The notes under the pieces: model-generated
The model's database searches: none
What the model was told of the DNA's origin: nothing
What the model saw: the letters and a program-made list of their open reading frames with translations, nothing else
Program-made: the position numbers and the translations under genes
Part shown: positions 37,641-51,553 of the stretch, piece by piece
Position numbering within the stretch: position 1 is the first letter of the stretch
Layout of the letters: each line of letters starts with the position of its first letter
From: Rhina ancylostomus
Taxonomy: Eukaryota
DNA: 63,970 nt
Direction of reading: 5' to 3'
Assembly (NCBI GenBank): GCA_030265395.1
Contig: JARFYF010000112.1
Span: 51,567,701 to 51,631,670 of the forward strand

Positions 37641-40600
37641 GTCAAAATATCAACTGTTGTCTCCTTCACAGTGCTTTTCTATTGGCCAGCGGAATAGAGG
37701 GCGGAATCCCAGCGGAATTCAGCTTGAAGTCTCCAAGTGATCATTGATGAAACATAAGCTCCCCAACATGCTCATCTGCACATTCATATGCAAAGCTGCA
37801 ACCGCATTAAGAAATAAATCCTAGTCCAGTCACTCAAATACCAATTCACATTTTTTGGTGTCTGAAATCTGGTATTGTTTACCTTCCACAGACAATATTT
37901 ATACTGACACGACATACGAAATGATTTCGCACTCCATTTTACTGACCTACAATCAGCATCTGAGGCCATGCAGCCGAGAGTTATTAACTTTGTGACCTGT
38001 TGGACAGATTGGTAAGCAGAGGCGAAGAAACTACAGCCATGGGCGAACACTCCTGCGAAATGAAGCATGTTAATCAGAAGTGCCGAAGCCTGCTTGATTC
38101 CGCTTTGATTTCTAAATTTCTGTACTGATTTCACAGTCCAGAATCCGTAATGGGCAACTGGGGATAGCTGCTATTGTCTAGCATTATCACTGGCATTATT
38201 CGGGGGCAATCGGACGTGAAGGATCACTTGAATACATTCCTGAGCAAGGAATAAATTTAGTTTGACACAACCTAATCTTTCTATTCACTTTTTAGGAGGA
38301 AAAATACCACCTTGTAGGATGGAAATGGAGTTTATGCAGCAGCTGGCTTTGTATCTTATTCAGAGTCTTCCCTTTTTTATATGAATTTCGTTTTCACACA
38401 GTGGGATTTCTCGTAAGTGCAGCTCTTGGAGAACAGGGAGAGGAATTTAGGGAAAATAAGAAGGTGGAATTCAGACATTGTAGGATCGATTACTTCACAC
38501 CCCTGAAGCGGTATAAAGTGGGCGTTATACAGTACGTTTATGAACTGAAACGGATTGTTCAGCATCAATCGCTTTAGCCTAAACGGTATTTGACGTTAAA
38601 CATCTGTTCCTTGTCCCTTAATCAATTAGATGCGGCCTAGTCAGTTGTAGCGCCGTCATCTGCATGACTACAGTAACAGAGTAAAGCATTCTGAGAGGTA
38701 ATATGGGGCGATAAGGAAAAGAATTACCAATAGTAATTGACGTGAAAACATCATTATAGGGAACAACATCATCCAAAATGTTCAAGAAGATAATATTTTT
38801 TCATTTGTATTAACTCATCTGAGTCCCGATCTTTGGTGAGCACCGGGTGAAAGGACTCCGAGGCTCAGTGCTACATTACGGCAATCCCGATTCAGCAGTG
38901 GCAGCTGCCTTCCTACAACAATCTGATTGAATGTCTTTGGAGATACAAAAGACCGTGAATGCTGTAATCAGGGCAAAAGTAAAACTGTTCGAAGAACTCA
39001 ATGGGTCAGTCGAAATAGATTAAATATTCTATCTATTTGCATTACTGTCAAGACAGGCTATCAATTGTCGTAGTAAGTCTCACGAACTGTGAGCCGAGTT
39101 GTGTTAATTATCTGTTGCCACAGAGGAGTGTGAATGATGAAGGAACGCAAACCATTTGAGAAACCGACTTGGAATCACCTAGTCTCTAGGAGGGGTCGTA
39201 AAATTTCAATATCAGTGAAGAGCATCGGGGAGATACGTGATGCGATCCCGATAAAAACTTCGAAAACCGAATCATAACACTTCGGTTTGAAATCAGCATT
39301 TACTGTCCACATCAATTTAATGTTCAATTTTAAATCAAAGAGATTATATAAAAACGAGATTACGTACAGAAACCAAAGCTCGCATGTGTATTGTTATTTC
39401 GAAATAGATCGTTATTAATTGGTGATATATGGTCTTTTGGAAATGAAGAGATAATGCACTGACAAATAGTCTATAATATTCAGAACGCACTACTTGTAAA
39501 GGGTTGAATAACTTACTTCAATGTTGTTCGACTCAAATGGCAGTCTGTTTCTTTGTTCTGAATACCAGTTCAATGACTCATTTCCTTTGCGAGCTCAGTC
39601 TTATCATCAGCAGAATGCAATAGAAAAACGTAAGACAGGCCTGTGGTGTCCAGAAACGAGCACATTCAATCTCATTGGTGAATGCGATTCACGCCTTACA
39701 TTTAAGTAACAAAATCTACGGGTGTTTTCGAGCAAAAAAAAGTTGCTATAGAAAAAATCTGTTGTCAGAAGTTTACTTCCAGTTTGGTAGAAGTCTTTCA
39801 AGAGTTTGAAGGGACAACTCCATATCTGCAAACCGTGTTCACTTACTTTTCGGATTCCATCGCAGTTACCGGTCTCCCAAGTGATGCTGCGGTCGTTGGT
39901 GACGCTGATTCTTATGCGGTTTTGGAGCTGTGAGTTGTTGACCATTTGAACTATTTGGCTGATTTGATGTATTGGTTATTTTTGAAATACATATTGATAA
40001 TATTGTGGATTATTTACTCAACACTGAAAGGGTATGGAAAGTCTCTGTTTATTGTTTTTTTGGTTTAAAGTGGTTTATATGGGCGTCACAGAGTCATAAT
40101 CAGAGTAGGGTCGTCCAAAACGAGCTTATATTATTTTAAGTCTTTTTTGGTGGGGAGTGGTTTTGCAGAAAGTAGTCTCTGCAGTGTGAATTTAACACGC
40201 ACATTTAATATGTCTGTAACTTGGCTTGGATGAGTTCTTTTCTATTTCCATTGTATTTGAATAAACAAAGAGACACGTTGAATCCATTATATTTCTAACT
40301 AAATTACCTTTCTAACAGGATTTCAGTTGAAGTGTTCCTTAAAAATACTGCATTGTTAACTTTTGCAAAAGAAACTCTTGTAAGTTCAAATTCGATATTT
40401 CTCAGTAACAGCACTGTCTACTTACCATCTGATACAATTAAATAAACGATTGAAACGTATTTGTTTTTATAACATTGGAAAGGTGTTAGAAAAAGTGCCT
40501 ATCAAAATTATCCCGATGCACAATCAGTATGGCATAAAGGAAGGCTGATTATGGTATTAGTATCATGTACCGTCTTCAGAAACAAATAGACGCTGAAATC

Positions 40601-41018
40601 TGATAAGAGGCTGTGCGATTTGATTTGTTAAAAAATACGCTTTAACGTGAATTTGTGTTTTTATTTCATGTTTGATGTGCACAAAGACAAGCAAATAATT
40701 CCATTTATATGTAATCAAATATCAAATTCTATGGTTACAGACAAAGAATGTAATGGGGTATTTGAACGTGTCACTTAATTTTATTGTGTCTTTTTTAAAA
40801 TTCACTGGGAATATCAATGTAGAATATACTGACATTGTATTCAATCCCTTTTCAAGAACTCCGTGTGATTAGTACAAATTGAGCTGGTGTGATGTGAGAT
40901 ATTTGGATTTTTAAAAACATTCTTACATTTTTAAACGTTAAACCTGCTGATAGAAGATATCATTAGCGAAACACTGAGTCCCTTCAGTTCGAGTTCATAT
41001 TTTCATAGATGCCTACAC

Positions 41019-41131
41019 ATGTTTGGCTATGTTTCATGAGATAATGGAACTGAGGAGTGTACCCTTGTACAGGCTCCATATTTCATCTTGTCTTCATTGT
41101 TGACTTCCTTTATTTCTTCTCCATACACGGG
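41019..41131 (+). other. Gene C: candidate signal-peptide exon (apparently disrupted)
   Basis: MFGYVS*DNGTEECTLVQAPYFILSSLLTSFISSPYT has a hydrophobic core followed by |gtatat. There is an in-frame TGA at 41037-41039 and the donor is in phase 2 rather than 1. Confidence 0.3.
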
Positions 41132-42839
41132 GTATATTTATTGATGGTAATTTACCCTTTGTGTTCTATTGGAGCATGCAGAAATTGCTGGTTTATTGGA
41201 AAGATGTAAAATAACCTTCAACTTGTGTTTCTGACATTAAAATCAGACTAAAGCTGAACATTTAACCAGAAATGTTGCACTGTGCCTGCGGAAGCTGAGA
41301 ACGAAACACAAAAAGCAGAGCGTTTCTGGGGTGGACGTACATTTATTCAGTTGGACTGATACTATCCAAATTCTTCAGTTCTGGATTTGTAAACTGAAAT
41401 ATTCCACATAATTAGTGATACTTGATTTTATGCTCGTCAAAATCTGAAGTAGAATTAATTCTTCATTATCATCAGCATTTATGTAAAGGCTGCACGGAAT
41501 ATTTTCCATCTTATTAACACATCGCTTCACTGCCTAACCTATCAATGACCTTCATAAAGTATCTTATTAATATTGATGTCTTTGATAAGATCGTATCTGA
41601 CTAAGCTAAAGGCTTGGAAATTTGGAAGTAAATATGAGAAAGCTACTTTTTTCTCACAGGGTTGGTGGTAGGAAATTGATGGCATGGTGCATGCAGGCAC
41701 TGTCTCCAATTTTATGAAACATTTAGATGAGCAATTGAAACACCATGGCAGAGACTGTTCCAGAGAGAGTTTTGGAAATTGCGATCCTTCTAGATGGATA
41801 CTTAATATCCCGCACAGTCCTGGTGAACCAAAAAGTTCTGCTTCCTTGATGTTTGCACCTTTCTCTTTGGAGAATAAATTCCGCCCAATCAACCTCAGTG
41901 CATTCTTTGATCACGTTCCCGTCGGTGTTATCAACACAGAGAACTTCTACATTAAATAACTAATTGGATAAATAATACGACCCTAAGTAAAGACCGAGGC
42001 ATTGTTGAAATAGAGAGAACCAGAACACAAGGGTATACATTCAGCGAGTGTGGAGTATCAGTCAAATCTACACCTGCTACTGAGTGAAGCTACACATTCG
42101 TGACACCGATATTGAATATTGAATGCGCTTTTTACCCACCAAATGATGTAGTGAAATAGATTAGTTAACATAACATATTCAGTAGTAGTTCAGCTTTATA
42201 GAATTGTATATATTGTTGCAAACAAATTATATTTCCATCAAAAGTTGTAATTGAACACTTACTTCTTTAATAATTGACAAATCAGTATTCTCCTTTCTCC
42301 CACGTTAAAATACAATCAATTTGTATAAAATTGAAATACTCTTTTCAAAGTCCTGGATGTATAAAAGCATACGATATTTTTTAAAGACTGCATTCGCATC
42401 TCCTACATTTTTTTGTAGAAAGGGAATGAGGTATTAGAGCATTGTTCCAAAATGTCTTTCATTTTTTCAACGCCTTTAAAATTCTTAAGCAGAATTTCAG
42501 TTCTGCAACCTATTCGTCTGGAATTACTCGACAGGGCAGGCAGAATCTATGTACAGTATACCCAGGCTAGCGAATTAGATCCAACTTTGCCACTGCCTTC
42601 TACATATTGTTACTTTTTCAAGATATCGGTTTTATATTTGGAGTGAATTCCACTTCTCCTTCCAAATGCCCCAATACTGAGGGAGTGGTGACAAGTCACA
42701 GTTTTGCTGACAAATTGTATTTTGCTCGTAAGTGCTTTAATATTTGCTTATCACGGTGTTTCATCAGTCGAGAACTCAGTTGAGATTATAAATGTATGAT
42801 AGTTTTCATTAAACATGAACGTTATCCAGGAGTTTTTCG

Positions 42840-43130
42840 GGTGAAACTTTCGGCCTTCTTTCCAAAACCTCCATATTTTCCTGTAATGTGGCGTCTGGAA
42901 CTGCACACAGCACTCCAAATGTGCTGTCGCCAAATTTTTATACCTCTACAGCATAACTTGTTGACTTTTACACTCAACTACCCGATCGATGAAGGCAACT
43001 ATGCCGTACTCCTTATTTATCAACCTATCTCCTGGTGTTGCCACACTCAGCGAGTTGCGAACTTTCATCCCAAGGTCCCTCTGAGTAGATGGTGTTTCTT
43101 TAACCATGTTAAGGTGAAGCCCTTCTGATG
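42840..43130 (-). mobile_element. CR1 fragment
   Basis: QRDLGMKVRNSL...YGIVAFIDRVVECKSQQVML and HLECCVQFQTPHYRK. Confidence 0.75.
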
Positions 43131-43809
43131 TCATGTCGCGTCAAGGAATGGATCTCATTTAATTCCAGTTTTGCTGTAGGTGTTATTGAAAATGTACGAC
43201 ACATTTACTTCGATGGATACAGCCACTGAGCTTGGATGCCTGTGAAGGAAAAATACGGAAAGGGAGTGCACAAAGAACGCACAGATGAAGTCTTGGATGT
43301 ATGTGGGCAATTTCGGACAGACTATTCAAATATTTTCTCAGTGTGTTACAAGAATTAACTGGATATTTGTGAAATATTGTCTATTATTGGAGCGCGATTG
43401 TACAGAAGCTGTTTTGGAGCGGAAGCAGCTCATGCCCTGTAGTATACCAGGTGCACAGAAAAAAAAGAGCGGGTTAATTTACAACGCAGTTCAACAGTCG
43501 AAAATACTAACGAGTCTAGCTGCAGAGTCACCATCCGAAACATCGACTATTCTTTTGCCTCCTTAGATGTTTATCGACACACTGAATTCCTCCAGCAGTT
43601 TCCTTTTCTAAAAATAAATTTGATGATAAGAAATGGGGTCAATGTTTCAATAATCTGTAACATAAAAATCCAGGGGAACTGGCGAACACACCAGCCCTCA
43701 GGAGGTCTGGGTTCTGCTCATTCTGCCAAATATAATGAACAGTATTAAGCAACGCAACTTTTCTGGATATTTCCGGAGGGTGACATCTTCATGTTGACAC
43801 CCATGAACT

Positions 43810-44730
43810 TAAATTTTACTGCAAAAGATGTTATCGTCGATCCATACTGACTGTGCTCTCCCGATGAGGATGTCAAGGATCCAGTTGCAAAGGCAGGTGC
43901 ATAGGCCGAGGCTTATAATCATGGTGCTTAATAATGAAGGAATAGTGGTATTGAACGCCGATGTGTTATCGATAAACTGCAGCCTGAGGTATGTTTNNNN
44001 NNNNNNNNNNNNNNNNNNNNNNNNNNNNNNNNNNNNNNNNNNNNNNNNNNNNNNNNNNNNNNNNNNNNNNNNNNNNNNNNNNNNNNNNNNNNNNNNNNNN
44101 NNNNNNNNNNNNNNNNNNNNNNNNNNNNNNNNNNNNNNNNNNNNNNNNNNNNNNNNNNNNNNNNNNNNNNNNNNNNNNNNNNNNNNNNNNNNNNNNNNNN
44201 NNNNNNNNNNNNNNNNNNNNNNNNNNNNNNNNNNNNNNNNNNNNNNNNNNNNNNNNNNNNNNNNNNNNNNNNNNNNNNNNNNNNNNNNNNNNNNNNNNNN
44301 NNNNNNNNNNNNNNNNNNNNNNNNNNNNNNNNNNNNNNNNNNNNNNNNNAAATGGAGAACAAGTGAGAGCATAGGTTTTCAGTACCCGGACAACGTACAG
44401 CGTCAGGGCTCAACCGCACTTTGAGGCTTCATCTTCTTGAAATATGTCTGACATCTGCCTTGAGACTGAGATCACAGGGTCAAAGGATGTTATGGGGATT
44501 CACATAAGTGTAGTGTTAATCTCCATTTGAAAACATGCATAAAATGTGTTGAGCTCATTGGGGAATGAGGCCTCACTGAAATTTATGTTTTTAGGTTTCA
44601 CCCCGTAGGAACTAATGTCAGGAAAACGCAGCCGCAGCGCTCTGCATATGAGTCTGTCTCTAATTTAACATGGAATTGCCTTTTCATTTTCTCCACGGCC
44701 TTCTGTTGGTCGTACCTGGACTTCTTGCGT
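43810..44730 (-). mobile_element. Rex1/Babar-like LINE RT fragment spanning a gap
   Basis: TYLRLQFIDNTSAFNTTIPSLL...LGLCTCLCNWILDILIGRAQSVWI is a Rex1-type RT motif. The extent right of the gap is less certain. Confidence 0.75.
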
Positions 44731-45195
44731 GATTCTCAAGTTTGACTGTTCTGATGATCGCTGGATTTCTTTTAAATGATTTGAAACAACGTTACTTACG
44801 GCAGTGTTTGCGGCTACAGATTACAGCAAACAAGAATACTTCAGAGCTGCACAATAATCACACCTCTACGGCGCAAATTTTGGATAATAAACAGGAGAAG
44901 TTCACTGATATGGATACCAAACAAGAGGACGACATTTCGTATAAATCGGAATCAAGATCAACACAATACCATGGGCCGAACGGCCTGTCCAATGCGTTAC
45001 TGCTCTATGTTCGATGTTAATTTGCTCTTTCTCCTTAGCGAGACAGTAATCCAACTTTCGATTCCTGTTAACGAAGTGCATAATTTATGCAAAGTTTGTT
45101 TTGTTTCCATGCCTATGCTCTTGACCTTTTGACAGTTCACTTTGTTTCATGACCACTATCATCAACAAACTCTAAATCTCAGCTTCTACTTTCAG

Positions 45196-45228
45196 GTAGC
45201 CTCGTGGATTGTCAGGGTGACCCATCAG
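45196..45228 (+). CDS. Gene C: 33-bp mini-exon (end of leader / N-terminal spacer)
   Basis: cttctactttcag| acceptor and cag|gtaacg donor, phase 1-1, open GSLVDCQGDPS. Lies 700 bp before the first SRCR exon. Confidence 0.55.
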
Positions 45229-45934
45229 GTAACGTCGTTTTCTTTTATCTGTTACCGGTGTTGGGGACTTGGCAGCAATTGTCATTGAAGTGCACTGTTT
45301 CAAGGCAAGAAGTAGCTGATGTCATCGAGCAGAGTGACAATCAGTGTCGAGCTGTTGTCGGGACAGGATAGACTTTTTAGTTCNNNNNNNNNNNNNNNNN
45401 NNNNNNNNNNNNNNNNNNNNNNNNNNNNNNNNNNNNNNNNNNNNNNNNNNNNNNNNNNNNNNNNNNNNNNNNNNNNNNNNNNNGTTCTGAGGTGAAGACT
45501 GTGAGAAGATCCTGTCTTGCTCTTTCTCTGTTCGGCCTTCCGTTGCGGCTGCCATCCTCAACCTTCGGCCGCTGAGCTCTCATTGTCCGGTTGAGCAATT
45601 CCGATTGCAGTCGATCGCTGAATAATGTACGCGAGCATACCGTTCGCTCTCTGTAGATTGAAAATTTGCCTGTCGCCCAATCTGGCGTAGTCCGACCCAT
45701 CATAAATCAGAAGGTGGTTGATAACTCCCATTTGACCCGACCTTTGTGAAGATGAGCAGATCCCAGACCCCTATTATTTAATATTTCATTGGAAGTTTGG
45801 CCATCGCCTAATAATTCCATAGATCATCAAACAGACTATGTTGCATGCGAAATGAGTGGAGGCAAAAGTCAGGGTTGCTGCGGTGTGGGTCCATTGTTAC
45901 CAGCAGGCGTCCCGTTTTGTGTGTTCTTTTACAG

Positions 45935-46204
45935 TAATCGAGAAGATCAGACTGGTGAATGGGGGCAGTGTATGTGCCGGAAGACTGGAGATTCAAGACA
46001 ACGGGCAGTGGGGAACTGTGCCACATTTTGTCTGGCAAGGGGTAGACGCAGCTCTGCTTTGTAAAGCACGGGGTTGCGGGCCTGCGCTGGTTACACCGGA
46101 CGGAAATTACTTTGGGAATGGGTTGTTATCTACTATGCTTACAGCAAGCATTCCTGATGGCTTTTTCGGAACAGACCACTCTAATGCCGGCATTATCTGT
46201 GCAG
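45935..46204 (+). CDS. Gene C: shortened SRCR domain exon (4 Cys)
   Basis: gttcttttacag| acceptor and cag|gtaaaa donor, 270 bp, open. KIRLVNGGSVCAGRLEIQDNGQWGTVPHFVWQGVDAALLCKARGCG...DHSNAGIICA. Confidence 0.85.
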
Positions 46205-48316
46205 GTAAAATACCTACCTTTTCTTCCTTCCCTCCTGTTGCTTCTACGGAAGTAAACCAATTTTGCACGGTCCGTCTGCCGAAATTCTGAATATAGCTGC
46301 TGTGTCTATGGTTGATGTGAAATTACAATCACTGCTTGTTTATCAAAATCCATTAGTGCGTTCATTCAGTACCTGCTACTCGTTATACTGAGAATGTCGA
46401 GGCAAAAATAGCATCCTTGGAGAGATAAACAAAATTAACATTTCACGTTGTTAATGTTTCATCAGAAATGATGATGAACCTTTCATGATAGGCGATTGAA
46501 CCTTAATATTAACCCTGTTATCCTCTCCCTCAACCGATACTTAGGTTAGTGGTACCATGCTCCCATTGTTATTGGGATTTCGTTCACATTCGCTTTATTT
46601 GCCGTATTGTGCGTTTGTTCCTGCTGCAGAGTTGACCGGAAATCGTAGGTGTTACTCTGAACAGCAGGAAATTTCAGAATATCATTCATTCTCAAGCACA
46701 ACAGATCTGTCGGGCATGTACACTGAACTCTGTAATTGGTCAAAAACTTTCAGAGTCATGCATTATTAGCAATGAAAGGACGGACAATTAATGTTAGCTG
46801 TGGAGATGAAACCCAGATCCTGAAGCGCACGTTTAGTTACCCAATCAGGGTAGTCTTTCCCAGTAGGATCCTCAATATATTGGTTCAGGAAACAAACCCA
46901 TCGGTATATTCTACGACTTAGCCTTCCATATTATCACAACAAATTTGATTTGCTCAGTCTATGTGCCGTTTAATGTGAGAAGCTGCGAAGTCCTAATAAG
47001 AAACAAAATGTTGATTGGTATGCACAAGTGAATAGAGTTTGCTCATGAGTCAAGAACAAAAGCATCTACGCCATCGTGTGCATGAACGAAAAAAAATGGA
47101 AGGCAGGTGTTCTAGCAAATTGTCAAGAAGGCATATAACATATTGATCTTCATTGAAAGGGGGTAAGCAAACTAGTACTGGATTGTTTCCAGTTGTAGCG
47201 ATGGAGATCTACGAAGAAATAAAGAGGGTTTACCTAAAAGCAACTTTAATACATATATACCATTCTCCTGTCCTGCTAAATATTGCAACCACTGGGAAGT
47301 TGGTGAGCGAGGGAAGCTTCAGAAAGCTTCACTGCGGCAGCATGGATCAAGGCCACAGAGAAACATTTCATGAATATTTCATTCCTTTAACATTTTAGAA
47401 CAGGATTTCAGGAAAAAAAGACCAAAGGAATAGAAAGACACGACTGTTNNNNNNNNNNNNNNNNNNNNNNNNNNNNNNNNNNNNNNNNNNNNNNNNNNNN
47501 NNNNNNNNNNNNNNNNNNNNNNNNNNNNNNNNNNNNNNNNNNNNNNNNCTGTTACATTAAACAGCAAGATGCTATGAAACAATTGACAACAACTCAAAAA
47601 TTTATATGTGGGCAATTATCGGCGAAATTTCTGCAGCGATCGCTTCAGACATTTCGTCTATGATTGTTCACGAGGGTGATCCAGTCTCTGATTTGTTTTC
47701 TTGTTTACTGCCGCTGGTGTCAATAAATTGTTGATACCGACAGTCTGATGAATTAACGTAAAATGTTATAAAATAAAACATGAATATTTTGAAACATCTT
47801 TCCTCGCAAGCAATCCCTACACGGGAATATACTGATAAGAAATATCCACAGGAGTCTCCATATACTGAATATCCTGTGTCTATCCCACTTACTTTTCGCA
47901 GACTAACATATAATTCCACGATGTATTTACCGAATTGCACACATTATTATCTCCTTGTAACATTTCAAAACGCTAAAATAAGTTACTTTATGTTCATTAA
48001 CATTTCGTCCTGAGGATTACACACTATTTCTGAATTAAGTCTGGGAAGTAAGAAAGAGTTGACCTATCTTTAAAAACGTTTGTCCTAAGTTGAACGACAA
48101 TATGGTAAAACTGGTGATGTCCAAAATTTCTTTCCCGTGGATCACCCAATATTGCACCATCCATACCCATACCAGGAATCAGGCCGTAAAATGTTGCTAG
48201 TCTATCTTGAAGCCTTCGATAATCAAATTGTTTATAAGATCCCAGCAAATCGCTACTTTAGTATTACTCATTTTAATACATGAAAATAGTATTTGTTTAT
48301 TTTTATTAATGCACAG

Positions 48317-48571
48317 GACATGAAAAACCCAAGCTGGTGAATGGAAGCAGTCCTTGTGGGGGTAGACTGGAGATTTACGAGAATGGAACTTGGAGGACAG
48401 TTTGTGGTCATGAGTCCTGGCCCATATCCACTGCTCACATTGTTTGTAAGGAATTAGGCTGTGGCACTGGAATCGCAATGTCGCTTTCGGCTCAGTTCGG
48501 AAAAGGTTCAGGGCCAATTATTGGTCCGCCTGGGTGTGAACACGAGCGGGACCTTGAAGTCATTTGTACAG
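48317..48571 (+). CDS. Gene C: shortened SRCR domain exon (6 Cys)
   Basis: taatgcacag| acceptor and cag|gtacaa donor, 255 bp, open. HEKPKLVNGSSPCGGRLEIYENGTWRTVCGHESW...IVCKELGCG...FGKGSGPIIGPPGCEHERDLEVICT. Confidence 0.87.
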
Positions 48572-51238
48572 GTACAATCTCCAAAATGTACAAAAACAAA
48601 GCATAAAACCTACTAAAAAGCACAGCCACCTCTATGTGGATAGTAACAGATTACAAAGATCCACATACCCATGAAAGGGTGTTTTTAAACAGCAGTTTGG
48701 ATTGAAATTTTGCCACTTGCCTAGAAACTAACGGAACTTAAAACTAGATTTTTGTCTGAAACCATTCCGTTTATAGATAGAGTTCCCCATGAATAATCGT
48801 CATAAATTGCAGTTGACCTTAGGTGACATTTGAAGATCTACTTTGTTTACGCATTAAAGTTGGTCACGAAAGCAGGAATAAGTAGGAGAATGATTGTCTG
48901 AATTTAATGTCCGAAAATTGCTTGTTAACACGCCGAACAAGAAAGTTTCTTAGAAACCACTTTATGTTGGCCTTTGCTGCTGCTCGGTCTTTCACTGCCA
49001 TGCCAAAGTTTGTAGGGAAGTTGTTTCAAATGCTGATCACTGCAAGTGGATTTCAGTAAAGTTGTCGCTGAGTGTATTTCGACGGGGAGCTTCCCTTTGT
49101 TCGAATCTTGTCCCGATATATATTTTCGATGTGTCTTCCATTCAGTTCCGACGTATTTGTTCTTATATTTTCCCCGATGCTCAAGAAAAGTAAGGATCAG
49201 TTATGCATGTCAGATTGTTCCATCTTTTTTCATGATGTTCCGTTTGCATCATAGATTCTCGGCGAATCTCTATGTTCGTTTGCTTAATTTGTAGGAAAAT
49301 GTACACATCCCGGATTTCAATATTGCCTAAAAACTTTTCTCGGTAAGAGATTATGAAAAAAATCACGATCCGCCGTGTCAGGAGGATAAATAAATTATCT
49401 CAAAATTTGATAAGAATCCCTTAAGATAATCTATGCTTTTTCATGTTAACTTATTTACTGGCAAAAGCAAAAAAAAACAAACTGGTAAATTTTATTTCAT
49501 CAAAACTGAACTTTAACAATATCGCTGCTGGTTGGTATTTTCTTGCTTTATCGGCTTATTGATGCAATGTTCCAAATAAATCCCAGTTTACAAGATGGCA
49601 AACTGCATTCAGGAAAGTTTCAAGTGAATCTAAACTATACCAGTTCCCAAATACACACTTTGCTCTCTCTCAAGATCGCAGTTGCATTGATGTACACATG
49701 TTATCTTTGCAAATTTTCGAACCATGGATGCAAACGTTTTCGTTGGCATTGAGGTTTCCTTGCATTATGACGTGGAAGCCCGTTTGTTTAACAAACGCAT
49801 GTTCTTCATGAATTGTAACATTACAATCATTCGCTATAACTAATTCCCCTGTATACCAGTCTTAGATTATGTTGCATCTCTTAAATTATTCGATGTCTGT
49901 ACCCTCCAGTAGCAATGAAAACAAATTCTAAATTTCCGTTATTATCTCCCTTTTGTGACGTTCGTATCCACATTTCTAAATCCATTTGCATCGTTTTATG
50001 GTTATTTATTAATTTGAGGTGAATTTGACACCTTTTATATCAGAAGGAATGAAGATAATGATCACTTCTTTTGTTTCGGCATTAGTAAACGTTGCAGATA
50101 ACTGACAGGCAATTAGCTGATATATGACAGTATACTGGACACAGACTTTTAACTTGAAAATGTCAAGGTTTTCCTCTGTAATTAGCCACATAAACATTTT
50201 CAATATGCCCAGTGAGGATTTATTTGATGCAACAACGATGCTGGTGCCGTCTTGTAAAATCTCTGTAGTAAATGCATAAATTTAGGAAAAAAATGTCAAT
50301 TAAGAAGACAGGCATATTCGCTTGGATTGAAAAGAATGAGCAGTGATCTCAAAAAAACTAAAAAAAATAATTGTTGTGCGTGACATCGCATATGGAAGGA
50401 TGCTGTTTTTCTTCCGAGGATTTCTAGAAATGGGTGTTACAGTTTCAACGTAGTATTTCACTACTCGGCTCTCAGATCAAAAGAAATTTATTTATTTAGA
50501 GCATTGTAAGTCTTCGAAATTGTTTACCCAAAGTTAAGTGCATGCTCAGCTGCTGCGTATGTCATGAGAAATAAAGATTTTTGTACCCGACAAACCAACA
50601 TTGTTAACATTCTAACAGATGAACCAAACAAGGGCGATTGACAGATATCGATGTTGAATGCATTATTTAGATCTGACCTATTGCAAATAATTGTTTGAAT
50701 TAAGCAATGCAGCAAGGAAAGGGATAATTTAATTGCTAATCCCATTAATCACATTCCTTCTTTCCATTTGCTTTTAACCAGTCAATGTTTCTGCCAAATG
50801 CCCACCAGCTCAACTATACTTTGATATTCCATTAATAGAGCCCAAGTTTCCGCTTTGCTTCACGGAGCTGCCTGTGTACTCAATTTTTGGGAAAAACGCC
50901 ACCATAAATGGTGCATTGAAACGCAAGAGTTTACGTTGAGCTTCAGGTCAACATGTGCATGATCTAACCGTGTTTTTTTCTTGCAACATCAATTAGTGAA
51001 CAATAAAACGCTGTGAATGATTCAAAGGTCGGGGGTAAAACTGACATGTAGAATTCCTAAGATCAAATACACCTTCAAAGCCAACATATTTCAAAGCAAG
51101 CTTATCTAACTGGTCCATGCAGAATTTTATATCACTGCCCATTAAAAAATGACATAAATAACATAGCAGCCATGTCTCTTTTGAATTACTAATCACTAAT
51201 AAGATTTAAGTAAATATAATGTAATCATGATTATCCAG

Positions 51239-51553
51239 GCCACAAGAACCTGCGACTCGAAGGTGGGGAGAGTCGGTGTTCCGGACGTGTTGAAATTCTG
51301 CAGGGAGATACATGGGGAACGGTCTGCGATGCTTACTTTGATTTAGAAGACGCCGGTGTTGTCTGTGAACATCTTCAATGCGGGCCAGTAACAGAAATCA
51401 AAGGAGGAGCTCACTTTGGGAAAGGAACCGGACCAATGTGGAAGCAGAAATACCTTTGCCAGGGGAACGAATCCCGATTGTGGGATTGTCCTATTTCATC
51501 CTGGGAGCAGTTCAGCTGCACAGATGGAAGCGCTGTCAGTGTCCTATGCTCAA
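51239..51553 (+). CDS. Gene C: full-length group-B SRCR exon (absent from ORF track)
   Basis: ttatccag| acceptor and caa|gtaagt donor, 315 bp, open. [48 protein letters not shown]...YLCQGNESRLWDCPISSWEQFSCTDGSAVSVLCS, 8 Cys. Confidence 0.92.

Noticed and set aside
37676-37720. CCAAT (ATTGG) plus GC-box as a promoter
   Set aside because: Two short motifs within degenerate repeat sequence, with no CpG island or exon support.
47811-47925. Tyr/Pro-rich frame AIPTREYTDKKYPQESPYTEYP as a possible linker exon of gene C
   Set aside because: Weak acceptor and no phase-1 GT donor found.
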